DNA of 64,000 nt from Lachnospiraceae bacterium. Its GTDB lineage: Bacteria > Bacillota > Clostridia > Lachnospirales > Lachnospiraceae. The position numbers and the translations under genes were made by a program. Location: contig JAGAMF010000002.1 in the NCBI GenBank assembly GCA_017624855.1, forward strand, positions 67,866-131,865, read 5' to 3'. Positions within the stretch are counted from its first letter, which is position 1; every line of letters starts with the position of its first letter. Shown one piece after another: positions 38,637 through 49,274 of this stretch. The notes under the pieces are model-generated. The model was not told the origin of the DNA. It ran no database searches and worked only from the letters and a program-made list of their open reading frames with translations.

Positions 38637-40391
38637 CTATGAAAAGTCCCTTAAAATCAGTTGCACTTCCGTCTGTCCGTTATATGTATTCAACTCCGGA
38701 CTGTAAATTACGGAAAGTACCGCATCTCCGTTACCGGCGTAGATTTTCTCTGCACTTCCTTCACCGTATTTTCCGTCCACATATCTGTTAAATTCGGGAA
38801 TATCTCCAAAAAACTTCAAGACATGCTTTCTGCCGTTTGTATCTTCCACCGTAAAAGCCACTACATTACTTCTCGCCCCGAAAATTTTTCCTCGAACAAA
38901 AGTAACGTTTCTCTGAGCAAACACAGGCTTTTCATTGTCTTTACCAAACGGCTCCAACATACTTAATTCATCCAAAAAGTCCTCATTTGCGTAGCCGAAA
39001 GGTAAATCCACATCTATACGGACTACTTCCGTCAAATCCTCTTCCGTCAAATCAGCCAGCTCATTTAAGCGCTTACGAAATGCATCCAAATTATCCTTAG
39101 GCAACGAAACTCCGGCGGCAAGTTTATGCCCGCCGTAATTTGTCAGCAAATCGGCACACTCACATAATCCTTTATGCATATCATATGCATCAATGGAGCG
39201 TCCTGACCCTTTTATGCCTTCCTGCCCGTCCGTAAGCACCCATGTAGGACGATAAAAGGCCTCTCTTACCTTGCCCGCAATAATGCCGGCAATACTTTCG
39301 TGGCAATCTTCCAAATGTACCACAATAATTTTATCATCCGCATATTGAGATCTTACCAATTCAATTGCTCTCTTTACACCAGCTTCCGTAAGACTTTTTC
39401 GCACTTCATTGGTCTGCACCAGTTCGCCTGCCATTTCCCGAACCGTAGCTTCATCATTACATAACAAAAGCTCCAGAGACTGTTCCGCAGATTCCAAGCG
39501 CCCTTTTGCATTGATGCAGGGGCCCAACACAAAGCCTATACTGTGGGCTTTGATATCCTTCTCTCTAAACCCGGTTGCATCGATTAATGCCTGCAAACCT
39601 ACATTGGCACAATTTTTAATATGGCGAAGCCCATATTTTACCAGCGTACGGTTTTCTCCCACCAGGGGCATAACATCACCAATAGTCGCAAAGGCTGCCA
39701 ACACCCGCAGCTCTTCTTTTAATTCACTGTCTTCTTCTGCAAATCTTAAAAGACGGGCTACCAGCTTATAAGCCACATAAGCACCGCACATCTCCCGAAA
39801 AGGATATGAATTGCCTTCTCTTTTCGGATTAATTAAGGCATGGGCTGTGGGGAGCATTTCTGTCTCGCTACCGCCAACATTTTCTCTTCGTATGTCATGG
39901 TGATCTGTCACAATTACGGTCATTCCGAGTTCTGCTGCCCGTTCCAGGGCTTCATAGGCTGAAATACCGTTATCGCAGGTAACAACGGTATCTACGCCGT
40001 CCTCATAAGCTTTCTCTACAAGATTCACATTGATTCCGTAACCATCCAACACTCTGTGAGGAATGGCATAGTCCGCCTGTATACCGTAAGCGGAGAATCC
40101 TTTGTATAAAATTGCCGTACTGCATACACCGTCAATATCATAATCGCCTATAATGCGGAGTTTTCTGCCCTCGGCTTTTACGGTATTCAACCAAGCGACC
40201 GCTTTCTCCATGTCTAAAAAGCCTTCGGTAATATCGCAAACACTTGCATCGCCGTGCAAATATTCTTCGATTTGCGCATCTTCCGTCACGCCACGATTAC
40301 GCATAATACGCAATAAAACCGGATCAACTCCGTATTGCCGCGAAAGTGCATCATAATCTGCTCCGTTTCTGATTAATTTCCACTGTGCCAT
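38637..40391 (-). CDS. recJ: Single-stranded-DNA-specific exonuclease
   Basis: GDYDIDG, TCDNG, TDHH, GPCINAKGR, GSGRS, GGHKLAAG, EPFG. Confidence 0.95.
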   Translation of the reverse strand: MAQWKLIRNGADYDALSRQYGVDPVLLRIMRNRGVTEDAQIEEYLHGDASVCDITEGFLDMEKAVAWLNTVKAEGRKLRIIGDYDIDGVCSTAILYKGFSAYGIQADYAIPHRVLDGYGINVNLVEKAYEDGVDTVVTCDNGISAYEALERAAELGMTVIVTDHHDIRRENVGGSETEMLPTAHALINPKREGNSYPFREMCGAYVAYKLVARLLRFAEEDSELKEELRVLAAFATIGDVMPLVGENRTLVKYGLRHIKNCANVGLQALIDATGFREKDIKAHSIGFVLGPCINAKGRLESAEQSLELLLCNDEATVREMAGELVQTNEVRKSLTEAGVKRAIELVRSQYADDKIIVVHLEDCHESIAGIIAGKVREAFYRPTWVLTDGQEGIKGSGRSIDAYDMHKGLCECADLLTNYGGHKLAAGVSLPKDNLDAFRKRLNELADLTEEDLTEVVRIDVDLPFGYANEDFLDELSMLEPFGKDNEKPVFAQRNVTFVRGKIFGARSNVVAFTVEDTNGRKHVLKFFGDIPEFNRYVDGKYGEGSAEKIYAGNGDAVLSVIYSPELNTYNGQTEVQLILRDFS

Positions 40392-40415
40392 TTTTAACAC
40401 CTTTTCCTTTTACGC

Positions 40416-40441
40416 GAAAAAAGCCCTTGCGGACTTTTTTC
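40416..40441 (-). terminator. Intrinsic terminator after secDF
   Basis: Minus strand AAAAAAGTCC-GCAA-GGGCTTTTTT (GNRA loop). Confidence 0.7.
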
Positions 40442-40467
40442 ATACTTTTGTTTTTACATATAAATTA

Positions 40468-42939
40468 CTAAATATCATCCTCATCATCACTCTGACGAAC
40501 CGGGAATTTTTTACGCAAGAAATACCACAGGTTTCCTGCCAAACATACGGAAGAATAAGTACCGCATAAAATACCCACCATCAGAGGTAATGCAAATTCC
40601 TTAATGGAAGTTACTCCCAAAACATACAACGCCGCTACCATGATAAAAGTAGTCAAAGAAGTAAATAAGCTTCGGGACAATGTCTGAGTAATGCTACGAT
40701 TTACAATATCTTTTAAATCGATTTCAAATTCAGAACTGTCTAAACGACGCTTCTTCAAGTAAGCTTCGTCGGATTTCTGTTTCGCTTCTTTATAATTTTC
40801 TCGGATACGGTCAAATATAACAATGGTGGCATTGATAGAGTAACCGACAATCGTCAACATACAGGCAATGAAGGTGCTTCCCACACTGACTCTGGCAATC
40901 GCATAAAATGCCAACACCACTAAAACATCATGAACCAGCGCAAGCACGGAAGATACACCGAAACGCCAATCGCTGAAACGGAACCAGATATAAATCAGCA
41001 TACAAACAACGGCAATAGATACCGCCACAATGGAGTCCTTCTTCATTTCGCCTGAAATGGTAGCACCGATGGTCTGGCTCTGAATGGTTCCTTCATCCAC
41101 ACCAAACTGCTCCGTAAACAAAGCTTCCAGCTCGCCTCTTTCTACCTCATCCAATTCTCTGGTCTTTACGATAATCTCTGTACCGCCTTCTACCTTCTGT
41201 ACCTGAACATTACCGTCACCGGTAATTTTTTCAATACCGGGAACGATTGTTGCATCAATTTCTTCGATGCTCATATCTTCTGCAAGTTCCAAACTTGTAG
41301 ATGTACCTCCCAGAAATTCAAGGCTGAAGTTCAATGCAGCACCGGAAGTTCCCTGGTGCACTCCCATAAACACTCCACCAATGACAATACAAAGAATGGA
41401 TACCAATGCAAAAATTTTACCCTTAGAAATGAAATCAACTGTTTTTCTTTCCTTGCCAATACCGAACAATTTAATATTGTCCAAGCCCAAAGCAATCAAT
41501 CCGTTTAAAAGGAAACGGCTGATTACCATTGCGGTAAACATGGATAAAACAATACCGATTGCCAAGGTCCAAGCAAAACCTTTTACCGTACCGGTTCCTG
41601 CAATAATCAACACAACCGAAGCAATCAAAGTTGTAATGTTACCGTCGAGAATAGAGGAAGTAGCTTTTTTAAAGCCCATGTCCACTGCACTCTGTACGGT
41701 TTTGCCGGTTGCAAGCTCTTCACGAATACGGGCAAAAATAATAACATTTGCATCCACTGCCATACCAACAGAAAGAATGATACCGGCAATACCGGGTAAT
41801 GTTAAAGTAATTACTTCGTTAAATACAGATAATGTAACAATCATCAAAAATACATATAATACCAATGCCAAAACGCTGACTGCGCCGGGCATAAAATATA
41901 CCGCAACCATGAAAACGGCAACTATAATAAATCCGATTACCGCCGCCTGCAAACAGGTGGTAATCGCCTCAGAACCAAGCTGTGCGCCTACTACATTGGA
42001 ACGCAATTCCTGTAATTCCAGTTTTAATGCACCGTTACGGATATTGGAAGCCAAACGGTCTGCTTCATCACCGTTACCGATACTGCTGATTACCGCCTGA
42101 CCGTCATTGATTACTGCGCTTACCGCGGGAATACTGATGAATTTATCATCATAATAAATCGCAATGGTTTCACCCTGCTGATATGCCTTCTGTGTAGCTT
42201 TTGCAAAACTCTCTGTTCCTGTTGCATTAAAAAGCAAGCTAACCACATTTTCCGGATTACCAAGCTGATCCGGCTGCTGTACGGCTTTGGCGCTCTGTAC
42301 CTCATTACCGGTAAGAATAATGGAACCGTCCTCTTTCAGCTCCTCCATGGTTTTGTTTAACTTATACTGAACGGATACCTTTGCATCCGCATCCAATTCG
42401 TACACAACCGCATTTCCGCTGTCATCCAAAACAACAGACTCAGTTTCCATATCATATTCAACCGCTGTTTCTTCCGAAACAAACACAAATGTATTCCATC
42501 TGTCATCATGCCATACCAACATACCGTCGGCAGTTACCACAGGCTCATAATTCAAATTCCCTTCGGAATCCGTTTCTGCAATAAAAGATAAACTACCGGG
42601 TTTACCCAGTTCTTCAAGAATCTCATTTGCATTGCTTACGCCGGGGATTTCGATGTTGATACGGTCATTTCCTTCAGGATATACCTGTGCTTCCGTACTG
42701 TAAGTATCTACTTTCTGCTGAAGCTTAAACACCGTATCGTTCATGTCCTCTACGGTAGGCTCTTCGTCTCCCACTACTTCATAAGTAATGCTGACACCAC
42801 CTGCAAGGTCTAAGCCCTGTTTTATATCAAAAATAGAACCTGTTTTGTTTTCACCCACACCTACGATTGCAATATATCCCATTGCCACCGTAATCAGAAT
42901 TATGGCAAAAAAACTAACTATTTTGGCTGTTTTACTCAT
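40468..42939 (-). CDS. secDF: Fused protein translocase subunit SecDF
   Basis: GLDLAGG, LTLPGIAGIILSVGMAVDANVIIFARIREE (SecD); FSLEFLGG, HDVLV, GYSINATIVIFDRIRE (SecF). Confidence 0.96.
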   Translation of the reverse strand: MSKTAKIVSFFAIILITVAMGYIAIVGVGENKTGSIFDIKQGLDLAGGVSITYEVVGDEEPTVEDMNDTVFKLQQKVDTYSTEAQVYPEGNDRINIEIPGVSNANEILEELGKPGSLSFIAETDSEGNLNYEPVVTADGMLVWHDDRWNTFVFVSEETAVEYDMETESVVLDDSGNAVVYELDADAKVSVQYKLNKTMEELKEDGSIILTGNEVQSAKAVQQPDQLGNPENVVSLLFNATGTESFAKATQKAYQQGETIAIYYDDKFISIPAVSAVINDGQAVISSIGNGDEADRLASNIRNGALKLELQELRSNVVGAQLGSEAITTCLQAAVIGFIIVAVFMVAVYFMPGAVSVLALVLYVFLMIVTLSVFNEVITLTLPGIAGIILSVGMAVDANVIIFARIREELATGKTVQSAVDMGFKKATSSILDGNITTLIASVVLIIAGTGTVKGFAWTLAIGIVLSMFTAMVISRFLLNGLIALGLDNIKLFGIGKERKTVDFISKGKIFALVSILCIVIGGVFMGVHQGTSGAALNFSLEFLGGTSTSLELAEDMSIEEIDATIVPGIEKITGDGNVQVQKVEGGTEIIVKTRELDEVERGELEALFTEQFGVDEGTIQSQTIGATISGEMKKDSIVAVSIAVVCMLIYIWFRFSDWRFGVSSVLALVHDVLVVLAFYAIARVSVGSTFIACMLTIVGYSINATIVIFDRIRENYKEAKQKSDEAYLKKRRLDSSEFEIDLKDIVNRSITQTLSRSLFTSLTTFIMVAALYVLGVTSIKEFALPLMVGILCGTYSSVCLAGNLWYFLRKKFPVRQSDDEDDI

Positions 42940-42960
42940 CTTTTACACACTCCGTTTCAT

Positions 42961-44388
42961 CTATTCTGCTTCGGTGCTTTTCGCAACCTCCATCATAATA
43001 GCACACTCAATTCGCTTCTTCTGCAATTCACATCCAATATCATACGCATCATTGATATGTCCGTGGAAATGATATGAATTGGCCGCGCAACCACCGCTGC
43101 AATAAAACTTTGCAAAACAGTTTTTACACTTGTCCTTTGCATATACATTACAGTCGGAGAACATTTCTCTGATATCATTTCTTACAATTCCGTCATCCAC
43201 ATTACCCATAAGGAACTCTTCTTCGCCCACGAACTGATGACAAGGATAAAAGTCGCCCCAGGGAGTTACTGCCAAATACTCACATCCGGAGCCACACCCC
43301 GAAAGTCTTTTGGCCACACAAGGGCCTCCGGATAAATCAATCATGAAATGGAAGAAATTAAAAGGTCTTCCTTCTTTTCTTCGTTCCAACATAGCTTTGG
43401 CGAGCTTATCGTAATTATCAAACAATACCGGCAAATCTTCTTCTTTTAAGGCATAGGCTTCACTTTCCGGCGCCACAACAGGCTCAACGGAAATCTGTTC
43501 AAATCCCAAATCTGCCAGATGAAGAACATCCTCGCAAAAATCCGTATTAAAATGTGTATATGTGCCGCGCACATAATAATTCATCTGATTACGGCTTTCA
43601 GCTGCCTTTTTAAACTTCGGCACGATAATATCATAGGACGAGCCCTTACCGTTTCTGGTAGGTCGCATAAAATCATTGATTTCTCTTCGACCATCTATGC
43701 TTAATACAAGATTGCCCATTTCTTTATTGGCAAATTCAAGAATTTCATCGTTTAACAACATGCCGTTGGTTGTTAAAGTAAAACGGAACTTCTTGTTATT
43801 GGCTTCTTCAATACTTCTTCCGTATTCCACCAGCTGTTTTACCACTTCCCAGTTCATGAGAGGTTCACCGCCAAAGAAATCCACTTCAAGGTTTCTTCTG
43901 CTGCCGGATTCTTTTACAAGAAAATCCAGCGCCTTCTTACCCACTTCAAAGCTCATAAGCGCTCTTCTTCCATGGTACTCTCCCTCTTCGGCAAAGCAAT
44001 ATTTACAGCCTAAATTACAATCATGAGCAATGTGAAGGCATAACGCCTTAACCACAGGCTGACGATTCTTAAAAGTATCAATGTAGGGCTCGTATATATC
44101 CTCGGCAAAAAGCATATCGTCACGAACCAATGTGATAATTTCCTCTATTGCCTCTTTATAATCATCTTCTGATGCTTCTACTCGTACGCCTTCTTCATTT
44201 TCAGTGTAAAATACCGCGCCGGAAGCATTTACTCTGTCCAACATATAAGCCGCATCCAAACGGTTTTCCTTACCTTCTTTTTCAAAAAGAGGGAGCAAAT
44301 CGTAGACCAGCTCATCCACTGCATGCACACAGCCGCTATTCACATCCAAAACAATGTTATAGCCGTTATTTTTATATTGATGTATCAC
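42961..44388 (-). CDS. scfB: SCIFF thioether cross-link-forming radical SAM/SPASM maturase
   Basis: N-terminal RRE-like region, CNLGCKYC, FFGGEP, SPASM cysteines (GCGSG...YPCHQF...CKNC...CSGGC); downstream of the SCIFF peptide. Confidence 0.95.
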   Translation of the reverse strand: MIHQYKNNGYNIVLDVNSGCVHAVDELVYDLLPLFEKEGKENRLDAAYMLDRVNASGAVFYTENEEGVRVEASEDDYKEAIEEIITLVRDDMLFAEDIYEPYIDTFKNRQPVVKALCLHIAHDCNLGCKYCFAEEGEYHGRRALMSFEVGKKALDFLVKESGSRRNLEVDFFGGEPLMNWEVVKQLVEYGRSIEEANNKKFRFTLTTNGMLLNDEILEFANKEMGNLVLSIDGRREINDFMRPTRNGKGSSYDIIVPKFKKAAESRNQMNYYVRGTYTHFNTDFCEDVLHLADLGFEQISVEPVVAPESEAYALKEEDLPVLFDNYDKLAKAMLERRKEGRPFNFFHFMIDLSGGPCVAKRLSGCGSGCEYLAVTPWGDFYPCHQFVGEEEFLMGNVDDGIVRNDIREMFSDCNVYAKDKCKNCFAKFYCSGGCAANSYHFHGHINDAYDIGCELQKKRIECAIMMEVAKSTEAE

Positions 44389-44407
44389 AAATATTCCTCC
44401 ACGTGCA

Positions 44408-44433
44408 AAGAGCAGCGTTTAAAACGCTGCCCC
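44408..44433 (-). terminator. Hairpin between scfA and scfB (partial terminator or stabiliser)
   Basis: Minus strand GGGGCAGCGTTTTAAACGCTGCTCTTTG. Confidence 0.55.
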
Positions 44434-44451
44434 TTAATCTTTCAACCAATC

Positions 44452-44595
44452 TTATTTTGCCTGTTCACAGCTCTGGTTACCAACTGTACAAGAAGTCTTG
44501 CATGCTGACTGACATGATGTCTGGCACTCGCCGCAGCCGCCCTTCTTTAATGATTTCTTATAGTCTCTGGTATTTAAAGTCTTAATGTGTTTCAT
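44452..44595 (-). CDS. scfA: Six-cysteine ranthipeptide precursor SCIFF (47 aa)
   Basis: MKHIKTLNTRDYKKSLKKGGCGECQTSCQSACKTSCTVGNQSCEQAK; RBS GAAGGAGG; own extended -10 TGCTATACT at 44639-44631. Confidence 0.97.
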   Translation of the reverse strand: MKHIKTLNTRDYKKSLKKGGCGECQTSCQSACKTSCTVGNQSCEQAK

Positions 44596-44689
44596 GTTTA
44601 AGCCTCCTTCGAAATTTCTGCTCTCGGTCAAGTATAGCATATTCTTTTTAAATATAAAAGCCTTTTTTTGTTTTTTCACTTTTTGTGAG

Positions 44690-46738
44690 CTAATTCTTAA
44701 CCTTTGTTCTCTCCGTCATATTATGAAGCACTTCTTTTATCAATATGGGTAAAAACGGTTTGGTAATATAATCGTCACAACCAAGCTCCGCAAATCCTAC
44801 GGAAGTATCCAGTGTTTTATCGCCCGTCATAAGAACAACCGGTAAATTATATACCTTGCGAATATGGCGTAATGTTTCCAAACCATCCATTTCCGGCATC
44901 ATAACATCCAGCATAATCAAGCGGAAGTCCTGCTTTTGCAATTCTTTTAACGCTTCTTTACCACTGTATACCGAAACAATTTGATAACGGGGTTCATCTT
45001 TCATAATATGAGAAAGCAACTTGTGATTCATGGGTTCGTCATCTACCACAAGTATTTTTTTGATGTCAACATCCGACTGACGCATCTTATATTCGGTATC
45101 CTTATCAATCAGATCCAGCATAATGTCTGCAATCTCGGGATCGAACTGAGAACCTCTTCCTTTCAGGATTTCGCTTCGAACCACATCCTGAGGCAGTGCA
45201 TCACGATAACTACGATTACTGGTCATGGCATCATAAGAATCCGCCACGCCAAGAATTCTTGCCACCAGAGGAATTCGTTCTCCCTCCAAACCATTGGGGT
45301 ATCCCTTTCCGTCATAACGCTCATGGTGGTATTTTGCCGCAATGGCAATTTGTTCACTGCCGGAAATACCGCTTAAAATATGATATCCGGTTACAGGATG
45401 CACTTTTATGATATTAAACTCCTCATCCGTGAGTTTTCCGGCTTTGTTAATAATGTCTACGGGGATACGAATTTTACCCACATCATGAAGGAGCCCCGCA
45501 CGATAGATTTCCTCTTGCTCCCTGCGACTCTTTCCCAACCGTTCCGCAATCATACGGGAGTATTCCGCAACACGCTTGGAATGACCGCTGGTATATCGAT
45601 CTTTGGCGTCCACCGCTTCACTCAATGCCGACACAGTCTGTAAAAATAATTCCTGAATTTTATTTTGCTGCTCCATCAATTCAGCAGTTTGCTCGTTTAC
45701 TTTGCCCTTTAACTCATCGTTATAATTGGATAAAAGGCTCATGTACTTCCGTCTCGCAGTATCATCTTTTATTTCAACTACATAACCGCGGGCTTTTTTA
45801 CGATACCACACCCTGCTTACTTTGATTTCGTAGTATTTTTCATCCTTTTGATAATCGAAATTGTCCTTTCCATCATCAATATAGACTTTTAACCAGCTGA
45901 CCACCATACCAAGTTTTTCCACATTGTTTATGGGGTAATCCACCTTACACTCCGCGATTTCGGGAAAAACATTTCTTGCCACCTTGTTACAGCCCATATA
46001 TCTGCAACAGTTATCAAAAAGAATATATCCATACACTTTCTGTTCCCGGATGGTACTGGCTATACTGTCTTCAAGGTTGTATATCATATTCTTTCCCTGA
46101 AGATATATGAATACCCAGCCGTCAATCACATATAAAAGAGGCATAATCTCTATATCGGGATTAATCATTCTTCCTCCCACAAATACCACGATGTTAAAAA
46201 TAACCATGGCCGAAAGCAACCAAAGCTTGCTCTGGGATACAGCCCGTCTTTTAATCAGATGATAGGCAAGAAGAATGGCTTCCAACGCCAAATATCCGTA
46301 TAAAATCACATAGAACAAAACATGTCCCACTCCGTATGAGTGCAACAATACGGTAGCATTCCCCAATTTACCCAAGGATAAATCTTTGTAATAAAAATCC
46401 GAGTATCCGATGGTAAGCACCATCAAATACACACCAAAGCTTAAGCCGTATAAAATGTACCTTAACCATCCCGGCAGGGAATAATTACAGATTGTACATA
46501 TCAAAAACAATGTAATCAACGGTATAAAACATCCGCCGATATAGCCTATTTTATTTGCCAGAATAGCTTCGTTTAATTCCGTTGATAATGCCAATGCCAA
46601 ATAACCGCAATTGGACAAAGCCATAACAATGATTGACAACATGAAATAGTAATTTGCTTTTTTATTTTCGTATGTATATACCAGAACAATCAAATTAGTG
46701 AGCGCCAGTATCGTTGTAATTGCATAATAAAAAATCAT
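44690..46738 (-). CDS. 7TM sensor (HisKA_7TM-like), HD-GYP phosphodiesterase and C-terminal receiver domain
   Basis: About 7 N-terminal TMs; AKDRYTSGHSKRV, LLHDVGK, HHERYDGKGYP, ADSYDAM; REC domain VVDDE...LDVMMPEMDG...KP. Confidence 0.9.
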   Translation of the reverse strand: MIFYYAITTILALTNLIVLVYTYENKKANYYFMLSIIVMALSNCGYLALALSTELNEAILANKIGYIGGCFIPLITLFLICTICNYSLPGWLRYILYGLSFGVYLMVLTIGYSDFYYKDLSLGKLGNATVLLHSYGVGHVLFYVILYGYLALEAILLAYHLIKRRAVSQSKLWLLSAMVIFNIVVFVGGRMINPDIEIMPLLYVIDGWVFIYLQGKNMIYNLEDSIASTIREQKVYGYILFDNCCRYMGCNKVARNVFPEIAECKVDYPINNVEKLGMVVSWLKVYIDDGKDNFDYQKDEKYYEIKVSRVWYRKKARGYVVEIKDDTARRKYMSLLSNYNDELKGKVNEQTAELMEQQNKIQELFLQTVSALSEAVDAKDRYTSGHSKRVAEYSRMIAERLGKSRREQEEIYRAGLLHDVGKIRIPVDIINKAGKLTDEEFNIIKVHPVTGYHILSGISGSEQIAIAAKYHHERYDGKGYPNGLEGERIPLVARILGVADSYDAMTSNRSYRDALPQDVVRSEILKGRGSQFDPEIADIMLDLIDKDTEYKMRQSDVDIKKILVVDDEPMNHKLLSHIMKDEPRYQIVSVYSGKEALKELQKQDFRLIMLDVMMPEMDGLETLRHIRKVYNLPVVLMTGDKTLDTSVGFAELGCDDYITKPFLPILIKEVLHNMTERTKVKN

Positions 46739-46762
46739 ACCGTACTTCTCTCTTTTATAAAA

Positions 46763-49108
46763 CTAGACCACAACAATTGCATTAAATCTTTCACATACAC
46801 TGTCATATAAACGGAACATTTGGTCTTGCAATTCCGGAACATTGGTCCAATCGGCCGCCTTGGTTAATTTTTCAAGCTCATAAGCTAAGTCACCGATTTC
46901 TTTGGCACCTATCGTGTATGCATTATTTTTAAATCCGTGAACCTGGATGGCATAATTAGCGGCATCCTTGTCCGCAAGTAATTTACTTAATTCCGCCTTA
47001 ATGGGTAACTCAGAAAAGTCGGTTAATAATTCCAAATAAAAATCTTCGTCTCCCATGCAGGTATTAAGACCCGCCTCATAATTCAATTCCGGCAGTGCCG
47101 CGCGAACCGCCTCAAAATGTTCTTCCTGCGTTACTTTTATCATAGTTGTTTCATCCTCTTCTTTATTTTGTTTTGAAATATTGCTGTTTTCCGGCGTTAC
47201 GGTTTGGGGTTTCAGCTTATTATCACCTTCCGATACGATATACTCCGGAGGAAGGTATTTTAACAACATCTCCGTCAATAGCTCAGGAATAATGGGCTTC
47301 GAAAGAAAATCATCAAAACCTTCTTCAAGATATCTTTCTTTATCTCCGATAATTGCATTTGCCGTCAGCATAATGATGGGAACATTTTCGCACAGATTTC
47401 TTTGACGGATGATTCTGAGAGTTTCGATTCCGTCCAAGCCGGGCATCATATGGTCTAAAAATATCACATCAAATTTCTGCTTTTCAAGAAGCTCTAAGCA
47501 CTCGTTACCGCTTATAGCTTCACTAATCTGCATTTTAGCAAATTTTACAAGATTTTTAAATACCTTAATATTCATCTGATAGTCATCAACCACCAGTATC
47601 TTTGCCTTCTCAGCAGTAAAGCGAAGTTGCTTTTTCTCTTCCGACGCAGAAGGGTTAAATTTCTGTTCTAAATCTTTTATAGGGGTCTCGTCCACAATCT
47701 GCTGCACCAATTTAAAAGAAAATTCACTGCCCTTTTCATATTCACTGTGAATCTGCAACTCACTTCCCATTAATTTTAAGAACTGCTGAGCAATTGTAAT
47801 ACCCAAGCCGGTTCCTTCCACATATCTGTTTTTGTCTATATCAAAGCGGCGGAATTCATCGTATAATTTGTCGATATCTTCTTCACGAATTCCCATTCCC
47901 GTATCCCGAACGGAATAGTGTAATACCGCATATTCTCCCTGTCTCTCTCCGGAAACCTGCAAGGTAATCTTTCCGTGATTGGTATATTTTACTCCGTTAC
48001 TGAGCAGATTTAAAAGAACCTGACGAATACGCTGGTCATCACCGTGATACTTACAGGGAAGGGATTGATCAACAATAAATTCCAAATCCAGATTCTTCTC
48101 TTTTGCTTTAATGATTGTCATATTATGCAAATCATTTAAAAGCGTTTGAATATCGTATTCACTTTCCACAAGTTCCATCATTCCGGATTCGATTTTGGAA
48201 GAGTCCAAAATATCGTTTACAATATTTAAAAGAAGCTCGGAAGAATCTTTTACATCCTTGGCATACTTTCTGATGGCGGGCTCTTCGCTTTCCCGGATAA
48301 TCATTTCATTCATTCCGAAAATCGCATTAATGGGTGTTCGGATTTCATGAGACATTCTGGCAAGAAACTTAGACTTTGCCTTATTTGCAAGCTCAGCCTC
48401 TTCTTTTGCCCGAGCTAACTCTTCACTGAGTCTCGCCTTTTCAAGACTGCCGCTTACGATTCGGAAAATACTGTTGCATACCGCCATAAATGCCACATAA
48501 ATCAAACAACGGGGCAATATGAAAAACAAAAACAACGAAACGGCCGGGTTCGGATTTACTTCCATTAAAGTAAGCACACCGTTTACTACATAATCGCTTA
48601 CGGTACCGGTAGTCAACAATAACATATTGGCATCACACAATCCAAAGAAATATCCGCAATATACAATTACAACCGTGCTGATTGTAGTCATAATATATAC
48701 GAATGTCATAACCCTTTTTGACGAATATAGAGCCGCATACAAAAAGGGCAACAATGTTACCAGAATTGCATGATATGTAATAAATACACCGGTAATGGTA
48801 AACACATAGATACTTCCGCTTAAAATAATGTATTTTTTAATTCGATTTGAAGGCAACATTATTTTAGACACAATAAAGGAAATTACATATATAGCAACCG
48901 AAGGTATAAATGCCTTCAACATTAAATCCTGACGAATAACAAATATACCCATTATATTTAATATAAATGCCGTAGCATAAACAATCATGGTTACGGTAAA
49001 ACATTTCATTACATAATTATTGGCTATATATTCCTGATCGTTTATGTATAATGAAATATCATCTTTTTGTTGTAACTCACGGGGGCTCATTTGCCTGCCA
49101 TCCTCCAA
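46763..49108 (-). CDS. Membrane hybrid sensor histidine kinase (HisKA-HATPase-REC-Hpt)
   Basis: TMs; MSHEIRTP, NLLSNGVKYT, DTGMG, GTGLG; REC domain VVDD...DHMMP...KP; Hpt VHGFKN. The start may instead be the ATG at 49090. Promoter TTGACG-N18-TAAAAT at 49175-49146. Confidence 0.92.
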   Translation of the reverse strand: MEDGRQMSPRELQQKDDISLYINDQEYIANNYVMKCFTVTMIVYATAFILNIMGIFVIRQDLMLKAFIPSVAIYVISFIVSKIMLPSNRIKKYIILSGSIYVFTITGVFITYHAILVTLLPFLYAALYSSKRVMTFVYIMTTISTVVIVYCGYFFGLCDANMLLLTTGTVSDYVVNGVLTLMEVNPNPAVSLFLFFILPRCLIYVAFMAVCNSIFRIVSGSLEKARLSEELARAKEEAELANKAKSKFLARMSHEIRTPINAIFGMNEMIIRESEEPAIRKYAKDVKDSSELLLNIVNDILDSSKIESGMMELVESEYDIQTLLNDLHNMTIIKAKEKNLDLEFIVDQSLPCKYHGDDQRIRQVLLNLLSNGVKYTNHGKITLQVSGERQGEYAVLHYSVRDTGMGIREEDIDKLYDEFRRFDIDKNRYVEGTGLGITIAQQFLKLMGSELQIHSEYEKGSEFSFKLVQQIVDETPIKDLEQKFNPSASEEKKQLRFTAEKAKILVVDDYQMNIKVFKNLVKFAKMQISEAISGNECLELLEKQKFDVIFLDHMMPGLDGIETLRIIRQRNLCENVPIIMLTANAIIGDKERYLEEGFDDFLSKPIIPELLTEMLLKYLPPEYIVSEGDNKLKPQTVTPENSNISKQNKEEDETTMIKVTQEEHFEAVRAALPELNYEAGLNTCMGDEDFYLELLTDFSELPIKAELSKLLADKDAANYAIQVHGFKNNAYTIGAKEIGDLAYELEKLTKAADWTNVPELQDQMFRLYDSVCERFNAIVVV

Positions 49109-49246
49109 TTTGCAATTCTTTTACAATCTGTAATTTAACACCCCCATTTTACTTCCAATATTATGTTTTCGTCAACATTGAACATTATTTAATCTGAATA
49201 TTAAAACAATTTCCATAAATATATATCCTAAAATGCATTATGCAAT

Positions 49247-49274
49247 AAAAAAGAGAAATCCAAAGATTTCCCTT
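49247..49274 (-). terminator. Intrinsic terminator after the TIGR04086-like gene
   Basis: Minus strand AAGGGAAATC-TTTG-GATTTCTCTTTTTT. Confidence 0.7.

Noticed and set aside
42961-44595. SCIFF peptide plus radical SAM maturase as the 'novel system'
   Set aside because: This is the known, widespread clostridial scfA/scfB ranthipeptide system, and the sequence is canonical.
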